Assembly: GCA_051971635.1 (NCBI GenBank)
Contig: JBFPLN010000004.1
Location: 87,478-151,477 of the forward strand
Direction of reading: 5' to 3'
DNA length: 64,000 bases
From: Candidatus Atelocyanobacterium thalassae
GTDB lineage: Bacteria > Cyanobacteriota > Cyanobacteriia > Cyanobacteriales > Microcystaceae
Shown: positions 57,201 to 64,000 of the stretch, in pieces
Layout of the letters: each line of letters begins with the position of its first letter
Position numbering within the stretch: position 1 is the first letter of the stretch
Program-made: the position numbers and the translations under genes
Notes under the pieces: model-generated
The model's database searches: none
Told to the model about the DNA's origin: nothing
What the model saw: only the letters and a program-made list of their open reading frames with translations

Positions 57201-57776
57201 CTAATAAAAAAGAATATGCCGTAGAATAAAAGCCAAAAAAGCTGTAGCACAGGCTAAGATTGATTGTGAAAAGATAGAATCAATAGAATAATTCATCACA
57301 AAGCTTAAGAAATTTTGTATTGATAAGTTTGTAGGGCTTAGTATCCAAAAAGTAAATAAATAAATCAGGCCAAAAATATGTATGGTTAGCAAGCCACTCA
57401 TTGCACTCAAAAGTAATATCTCTAATCTGGTTTTATATTTAAAAGAAAGCCAACCACATACCCAGGCTCCAGGAGCAAACCCTAAAATATAACCGAAAGT
57501 AGGTTGTTCAAGATATTGAAGACCTCCTCCATTAATAAAAATTGGATATAAGAAAAGGCCTAATAGTAAGTAAGTAACTTGTGATAGAAATCCTGCATTT
57601 TTCCCCCCCATACATCCTGTAAATAAAACAGCTCCTATCTGAAGTGTTATACCTAAGGATAGATGGCTAAGATATTCTTCTCGAAAATTCCAGGCTATAC
57701 TCGCTTCAGCAAAAACAGTAAAAATTGTTAATAACAATCCAACTATAGTCCAGAGTAATTCATTAACGAAAAGCAC
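57201..57776 (-). CDS. bioY: Biotin transporter BioY
   Basis: TLQIGAVLF.G, GL..YPIF..GGG..Y...PTFGYILGF. Confidence 0.88.
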   Translation of the reverse strand: MLFVNELLWTIVGLLLTIFTVFAEASIAWNFREEYLSHLSLGITLQIGAVLFTGCMGGKNAGFLSQVTYLLLGLFLYPIFINGGGLQYLEQPTFGYILGFAPGAWVCGWLSFKYKTRLEILLLSAMSGLLTIHIFGLIYLFTFWILSPTNLSIQNFLSFVMNYSIDSIFSQSILACATAFLAFILRHILFY

Positions 57777-58045
57777 AATTAATAAAAAATGTTTATGTAT
57801 TTTGATAATCTTATATCTTTATGTATATAGTTTACAAATAATTTTATTTTCCAGAATTGACTTAAGAAACATGATTATTTATGACAGCAGTAATATTACT
57901 TCTTTAATAAATTCAATTATGACGTCTTTCACTTACTCGAAATATTGACTAACTTGACTATTCCTTGGAAATTTATAACTTTTAATAGAGTTAGTATGGT
58001 AATACGGTAGAATATATTGGTTATCTATTTTTAATCATAGGTTCA

Positions 58046-58597
58046 ATGACAATTGAGCAACAAAAGGCAGAGCATTCTCTATTAAATATTCATTGCCTGG
58101 GAAATAAAGATTTACGTAAGTCTGCAAAACGAATTTCTAAAATTGACGATTCTATTCGTCAACTAGTTAGAGATATGCTACAAACTATGTACAGTTCTAA
58201 TGGTATTGGCTTAGCCTCTACTCAAGTTGGTATTCACAAACAATTAATTGTTATTGATTGTGAACCTGAAACCGGTACAAATAGCCCTTTGATTTTAATT
58301 AATCCTAAGATTAGTTATTATTCTCAAGAGTTATGTGTTATGGAAGAAGGCTGTTTAAGTATTCCTGGGGTATACATTGATGTATACCGTCCTGAGATGA
58401 TTCAAGTCTCTTTTAAAAATGAGCATGGTAAACCTTGTCAAATAGAAGCTAATGACTTGTTAGCAAGAGTTATTCAACATGAGATTGATCATCTTAATGG
58501 TGTTATGTTCGTTGATAGAGTCAAAAATGATTTGGAACTAACTACAAAACTTCATGAAAAAGGGTTTAGTAGAGAATCTGTTAAGTCTTTGAAGTAA
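58046..58597 (+). CDS. def: Peptide deformylase
   Basis: GIGLA..QVG, EGCLS, QHEIDHL. Confidence 0.96.
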   Translation: MTIEQQKAEHSLLNIHCLGNKDLRKSAKRISKIDDSIRQLVRDMLQTMYSSNGIGLASTQVGIHKQLIVIDCEPETGTNSPLILINPKISYYSQELCVMEEGCLSIPGVYIDVYRPEMIQVSFKNEHGKPCQIEANDLLARVIQHEIDHLNGVMFVDRVKNDLELTTKLHEKGFSRESVKSLK

Positions 58598-58834
58598 AAC
58601 AATAGAAGTCTTGTTTATTTAATTATACTAACTGTTAATAACTCATCAAAAATATTTTATTTATATAGTAAGAACCTCTAATTCTTCAAATAATATTAGT
58701 TAAATAAACATCAGATTCACTAAATTTTTTGTAGTTTTAAATAATTATCATACATAGGATTAGCTATATACATCAATAATAAGAACTTTATTGTTGATAT
58801 CTGCTTTAGAAGTTTTTATAAGTGTTTTGCTTTT

Positions 58835-58884
58835 TTAATTACTATAGAGATGATTTTTTAAAAAATCATCTCTATAGTAATTAA
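58835..58884. repeat. Perfect 50-bp palindrome between convergent def and trpS
   Basis: TTAATTACTATAGAGATGATTTTTT|AAAAAATCATCTCTATAGTAATTAA. Confidence 0.9.
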
Positions 58885-58963
58885 GGTCTCCCATTTCATA
58901 TAATACAATAAGAATTATTAACTACAAAAGACTTATCAGCGTAAGCAGATTAGCAATTAATAC

Positions 58964-59974
58964 TTATAATGAAGGTAAGTATCCTAAAGAATGTTTGACT
59001 TTCGTCAAAGTTTCATTGGCAATAGTCTCAGCTTTGCTTTTACCTTTTTTTAATACTGAATCTAAATAAGATTTATCAGATACGATACTATGATACTTTT
59101 CTTGTATTGGTTTTAATGTCTCAACAGTCACATCAACCAATAAAGGTTTGAACTGTCCCCAACCCATGTTATGGCATTCTTGGGACACCTCTTCTTTTGT
59201 CTTTTTTGACAAAAGCATGTATAAATTTAATAAATTATTACATTCTGGACGATCTTTATTATCAAACTCTAAGCCTTTTAAAGAATCAGTTTTACAACGT
59301 TTAATTTTCTTTTGTATTAAATAAGGTGAATCTAACAAATTTATTCTGCTTAAGTCAGAAGGATCAGATTTTGACATTTTAGATCGCCCATCGCTTAAAC
59401 TCATAACTCTTGCCCCTTCAGTTTTAATTAAAGGCTCAGGAACTTGAAAAACTGGGTTTTTTAGAGTGGAGAATTTGTTGTTAAAGCGTGTCGCAATATC
59501 CCGAGTTAGTTCTAAATGTTGTTTCTGATCTTCTCCAACGGGAACATAACTAGCATTATACAATAGTATATCTGCTGCCATTAGTATAGGATAATTTAAT
59601 AGGCCAACGCTAACATTTTCTCCATGTTTAATAGCCTTTTCTTTAAATTGAATCATTCTTTCTAGCCAATTTAAAGGTGTAATACAATTAAGCAACCAAA
59701 CTAGTTCACTATGAGCAGCAACATGAGACTGAATAAAAATTGTAGAATCATTTAAGTCAATACCACAAGCTAAATAAAGAGCTGCAATAGAATATGTATC
59801 CGTAACCAAAGTTTTTGGATCATGAGGAACAGTAATAGCATGAAGATCTACTACACAAAAAAAGTTCTCGTACTTTTTCTGTAAATTTACCCAATTATGG
59901 ATTGCTCCTAAATAATTTCCTAGATGTAAATTACCTGTAGGTTGTACTCCTGATAATATACGTTGTTTAAGCAT
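58964..59974 (-). CDS. trpS: Tryptophanyl-tRNA synthetase
   Basis: SGVQPTG.LHLGNY, YPILMAADIL, VPVGEDQ.QHLE, KMSKS. Confidence 0.97.
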   Translation of the reverse strand: MLKQRILSGVQPTGNLHLGNYLGAIHNWVNLQKKYENFFCVVDLHAITVPHDPKTLVTDTYSIAALYLACGIDLNDSTIFIQSHVAAHSELVWLLNCITPLNWLERMIQFKEKAIKHGENVSVGLLNYPILMAADILLYNASYVPVGEDQKQHLELTRDIATRFNNKFSTLKNPVFQVPEPLIKTEGARVMSLSDGRSKMSKSDPSDLSRINLLDSPYLIQKKIKRCKTDSLKGLEFDNKDRPECNNLLNLYMLLSKKTKEEVSQECHNMGWGQFKPLLVDVTVETLKPIQEKYHSIVSDKSYLDSVLKKGKSKAETIANETLTKVKHSLGYLPSL

Positions 59975-60387
59975 TAAAATAATATCGTAAATTGGTTATT
60001 TTTCTTTAAAATTATGACTGATTATGTAATCCATGTAAAAGAATTTTCACTTTATGTAAATATGGACTATCTTAGATATTTTATTTAGATTAGATAAAAT
60101 ATACATTAGAAAATATATAAATGATTAATTTATCATTAAAAGACAACTGCAAAAGTGAAATTCTTACTTGTCAATTCCCACAAAAATTAAATTTTAATAT
60201 TAATCTTTGTAAAGGTTTTGTATTGCTAATTACTAAAAATGAAATTTTTTAATCACTACTATTTATTCATTTTAATTATACTGTTACTAAAAACATACAT
60301 AAAAATTTCCTAATTCGAAGCTTAAAGTGTATGATTGTGTTTTAATAAAAGCTTAATTTATATTACTATTTAGAGAGGTAAGAAACA

Positions 60388-61635
60388 TTGTCTCGTAGTT
60401 ACCTATTTACTTCTGAATCTGTTACTGAAGGTCATCCTGATAAAGTCTGTGACCAAATATCTGATACCATTATAGATACCCTACTTCATCATGATGATCA
60501 AAGCCGGGTAGCGGCTGAAGTGGTAGTAAACACGGGGTTAGTATTGATCACTGGAGAAATAACCTCTCAGGCTAATGTCAATTTTGTTGAATTAGCACGC
60601 AAAAAAATTGCAGAGATTGGATATACTAATGCTGATAATGGTTTTTCTGCTGATAGTTGTTCAGTTTTAGTAGCCTTAGATCAACAATCAGCTGATATCG
60701 CTCAAGGAGTTACTCAAGCTCATGAGCAGCGTAGATCGTCTAGTGATGATGACTTAGATAAGATTGGAGCAGGTGATCAAGGGATCATGTTTGGTTATGC
60801 CTGCAACGAAACTCCTGAATTAATGCCTTTACCAATATCTTTAGCTCATCGTTTTGCACGACGTTTAGCTACTGTGCGTAAAACAGGTGAACTATCCTAC
60901 TTACGTCCTGATGGGAAAACACAAGTATCTATAGTCTATGAAGATGGTATCCCAATCGGAATTGATACTATTCTTATTTCTACTCAACATGATGAAGCTA
61001 TTGGCTCACTAACTAACAATAATGATGTTCAGAATAAAATAAAATCTGATCTTTGGGATGCAGTGATATCACCAGTTCTTCAAGACTTTAGTATCAAATC
61101 TTCAGAAAATACTCGTTTTTTAGTCAATCCTACTGGAAAATTCGTTATCGGTGGACCTCAAGGTGATGCAGGACTAACTGGTCGTAAAATAATTGTAGAT
61201 ACTTACGGTGGCTATTCTCGCCATGGTGGAGGAGCCTTTTCTGGAAAAGATCCTACAAAAGTAGATCGTTCTGCAGCTTATGCTTGTCGCTATGTAGCTA
61301 AAAATATAGTGGCTGCAGGCTTAGCAGATAAATGTGAAGTACAGGTTAGCTATGCTATTGGAGTAGCTCGTCCGGTCAGTATATTTATAGATACATTTGG
61401 AACGAGTAAAGTAGACGAAACAAAGTTATTAGAGGTAATTAAAGAATTATTTGAGCTACGTCCTGCAGGTATCATACAAGACTTTAAATTACGTCAGTTA
61501 CCCTCAGAAAGGAATGGTCGTTTTTATCAAGATACAGCAGTATATGGGCATTTTGGGAGAGATGATTTAGATTTACCTTGGGAACTAACTGATAAAGCAG
61601 CTTTGTTAAATCAAGCTTTTACCATTAATGCTTAG
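60388..61635 (+). CDS. metK: S-adenosylmethionine synthetase
   Basis: [37 protein letters not shown] start with GAGG RBS. Confidence 0.97.
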   Translation: MSRSYLFTSESVTEGHPDKVCDQISDTIIDTLLHHDDQSRVAAEVVVNTGLVLITGEITSQANVNFVELARKKIAEIGYTNADNGFSADSCSVLVALDQQSADIAQGVTQAHEQRRSSSDDDLDKIGAGDQGIMFGYACNETPELMPLPISLAHRFARRLATVRKTGELSYLRPDGKTQVSIVYEDGIPIGIDTILISTQHDEAIGSLTNNNDVQNKIKSDLWDAVISPVLQDFSIKSSENTRFLVNPTGKFVIGGPQGDAGLTGRKIIVDTYGGYSRHGGGAFSGKDPTKVDRSAAYACRYVAKNIVAAGLADKCEVQVSYAIGVARPVSIFIDTFGTSKVDETKLLEVIKELFELRPAGIIQDFKLRQLPSERNGRFYQDTAVYGHFGRDDLDLPWELTDKAALLNQAFTINA

Positions 61636-61642
61636 TAATTTT

Positions 61643-61705
61643 AAATTGTGGTGACTGTTAGATTCCTTTCTTATATATAGAAGTATCAGATAGTCACCAC
61701 AATTT
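61643..61705 (+). terminator. Long hairpin directly after the metK stop
   Basis: AAATTGTGGTGACT/AGTCACCACAATTT 14-bp perfect outer stem with an imperfect inner extension. Confidence 0.65.
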
Positions 61706-61865
61706 CTCTAATACAATTAAGACTTTGTACCTTTTTAATCATCAGTAGATTAATGACTAATGTGATTGAAATTAAGAAATCATTAATATATCTTAACAAT
61801 TAAAAAAGGTGTCATATCACTTAATTTAATAGCTAGAATATATGAGAAGATGCCAATATGAAAGT

Positions 61866-61899
61866 CTATACAAGTTCTTCCGGGTAAAAACTTGTATAG
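61866..61899. terminator. Hairpin downstream of rsmH
   Basis: CTATACAAGTT/AACTTGTATAG 11-bp stem. Confidence 0.55.
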
Positions 61900-61939
61900 T
61901 TTTGAACTCATAAGACCATACAAGTTTTTTATAGTTTAC

Positions 61940-62836
61940 TCAAGAATCTTTTCGTTTTGCGAATCTCAACTTTGCAGAACGGGAACGTCGATTATGTTTT
62001 TTTTCTTCTTGTGTAGGCACAATAGGTTTTTTATTTATTACATCAAGTAAATATGAATCCCGAAAATTATGCTTGACAATACGATCTTCAAGACTATGAA
62101 AGCTAATAATTCCAATACTACCTTGAGCTTTTAACCAAAAAGGTGACTTTTGAAGAAATTTTTCTATAGAAGTAAGCTCATTATTAACAATGATACGTAA
62201 AGCTTGAAATACTCGAGTAGCTGGATGAATACGTCCATAGCGATATTTAGGAGGAAAAACTTTAGAAATTGCTGATGCCAAATCAGTAGTAGTCATAAAT
62301 GGACGATTTTCTACTAAATGGCGAGCAATGGAGCGAGAGCGTTTTTCTTCTCCATATTGATAAAAAATGTTTGCTAAAGTTGTTTCATCCCAATGGTTAA
62401 TAACTTCCCCTGCAGTCAGAGCTTGCCGGCGATCCATCCTCATATCTAAAGAAGCCTCATGCCGAAAGCTAAATCCTCGCTCAGGATTGTCTAATTGAGG
62501 AGAACTAACGCCTAAATCAGCAATAATACCATCAAACTCTCCAGCTTTTCCTGGATAATCTGCAAAATTTCCTGTCCATGTTTGGAAGCGTTTTCCCATA
62601 GTGGATGACATCTTTGCTCTAGTACTTAAAATTGCATCATTATCCAAATCAATACCAATAACTTGAACATCAGGAAAAATACTTAAAATTAAACTGCTAT
62701 GCCCTCCTCTCCCAAGGGTAGCGTCCAAGTATTTACCACCAGGTTTAATAGCTAAACCCTCTATAAGTTCTTTAGACAATACAGGTATATGAATATCAGA
62801 GGAAAAATGCCCTTCAATTTGTGTGATATTTATCAT
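61940..62836 (-). CDS. rsmH: 16S rRNA m4C1402 methyltransferase
   Basis: [56 protein letters not shown]. Confidence 0.96.
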   Translation of the reverse strand: MINITQIEGHFSSDIHIPVLSKELIEGLAIKPGGKYLDATLGRGGHSSLILSIFPDVQVIGIDLDNDAILSTRAKMSSTMGKRFQTWTGNFADYPGKAGEFDGIIADLGVSSPQLDNPERGFSFRHEASLDMRMDRRQALTAGEVINHWDETTLANIFYQYGEEKRSRSIARHLVENRPFMTTTDLASAISKVFPPKYRYGRIHPATRVFQALRIIVNNELTSIEKFLQKSPFWLKAQGSIGIISFHSLEDRIVKHNFRDSYLLDVINKKPIVPTQEEKKHNRRSRSAKLRFAKRKDS

Positions 62837-62924
62837 AACGAGATTTTTTTAGTAGTTATCAGGAACTTATAACACTCAAAATAATTCAAAAAAAAAGAAA
62901 TTCCGCGGAGATCCAGTTATCCTT

Positions 62925-63410
62925 ATGAATTTGACGGTTCAACGTATGGTGTTTGTTCACTTTTGTTTTTTAAATTTGAACAGGATTTTGTCCCGTTTTT
63001 TTATGTCTAGTTTAATAGCACTACTTGGTATCCTTTATGGATGTAGTTTAGTCTCAACTATTTCTCCTTCTACTTCGCAATCAGTCGTTAGGTTTAGTGA
63101 TAAAGATATCACTAATTATGCTCAAATTGTTTTAAAGATTGAGGATCAACGCCAGATTGCTTATCAAAAAATTGAAGAAATAACTGAAGGCTTACCACAA
63201 GAAATTAGCTGCGATCAATCAGATACTTTAAAAAAATTACCTAATCAAGCTCAAACTATAGCAGTTAAATTTTGTAATTTATCTAAAAAAATAGCTCAGG
63301 ATAGTGGCTTATCTTCTAATAAGTTTAATAGCATAACTGAAAAAGCACAAAAAGATACAACTTTGAGAAAAAGAATTCAGAATGCTATGATTCGAGCTAG
63401 GCTACCTTAA
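62925..63410 (+). CDS. DUF4168-like exported protein; start uncertain
   Basis: Hydrophobic N-terminal segment; DITNYAQIVLKIE..RQ.AY, FN.IT...Q.D..L..RIQ. Confidence 0.65.
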   Translation: MNLTVQRMVFVHFCFLNLNRILSRFFMSSLIALLGILYGCSLVSTISPSTSQSVVRFSDKDITNYAQIVLKIEDQRQIAYQKIEEITEGLPQEISCDQSDTLKKLPNQAQTIAVKFCNLSKKIAQDSGLSSNKFNSITEKAQKDTTLRKRIQNAMIRARLP

Positions 63411-63901
63411 TTAAAATAATAATAAGAAATTACTAATATCAATCATTTCTAGAATAGGAAAGAATTAACGTTCTTTATACTTACAATAATAATTTTTATG
63501 AATTACAAAATATCAGTTTTGGAAAAGTAAAAGTCTATAATTTATTTAATTAGAAAGGAAAGATACATTCTTTACATCTTTAATGTAAGACAATTGGTTT
63601 AATTAAGGCGCTTTTAAAAATATTTAAATATGAAGACTTTTAATAAAACGTTCGTAACTCAATTATTTTTTAATAAGTATCGTACAAATTTATTAAAAAT
63701 ATTTAAATTTTAACAATCTAATGAAATCTCAATGCCAATAATAATTTTTTCGTAAGATTAATTAAGATTGTATTTAGAGAACACATATTTAGGAAGAGTA
63801 AAGTTTAAACTTATCACTGGTGTTACTGAAAAACACTTTAATAGTAAAATAAAGTTGTAATTTTCCTAATCTAGATAACCCGTAGAGTGAGTAAGAATTG
63901 T

Positions 63902-64000
63902 ATGACAAAGCGAACCTTTGGTGTCATTGGCTTAGCGGTGATGGGAGAAAACCTCGCCCTTAATGTTGAAAGTCGTGGTTTTCCAATTGCTGTCTATAAC
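63902..64000 (+). CDS. gnd: 6-phosphogluconate dehydrogenase, N-terminal fragment cut by window edge (not in ORF track)
   Basis: [33 protein letters not shown]. Confidence 0.93.
   Translation, partial: MTKRTFGVIGLAVMGENLALNVESRGFPIAVYN

Noticed and set aside
59975..60387. Possible SAM riboswitch upstream of metK
   Set aside because: Region is very AT-rich with no SAM riboswitch consensus visible.

Overview
AT-rich (roughly 30% GC by eye) cyanobacterial chromosome segment made almost entirely of housekeeping genes: about 46 CDS plus tRNA-Ser(GGA), tRNA-Ser(GCT) and a truncated probable tRNA-Val(GAC). Gene content, eroded AT-rich spacers, near absence of HIP1 sites and retention of psaK point to a reduced-genome Crocosphaera/Cyanothece-related symbiont, most likely UCYN-A (Ca. 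Atelocyanobacterium thalassa, the nitroplast). That assignment is an inference, not a database result. I found no mobile elements, CRISPR arrays or defence islands, and no clearly novel multi-gene system. Most notable signals: (1) a folate/biopterin transporter whose N-terminus is split by a frameshift in an A11 run; (2) several perfect zero-spacer intergenic palindromes of 28-58 bp; (3) a GC-rich hairpin leader upstream of the SDR-folE pair; (4) a structured leader upstream of rimO-crhR; (5) an apparent thiO-thiG fission; (6) probable deletion scars of ybeY and trpG.
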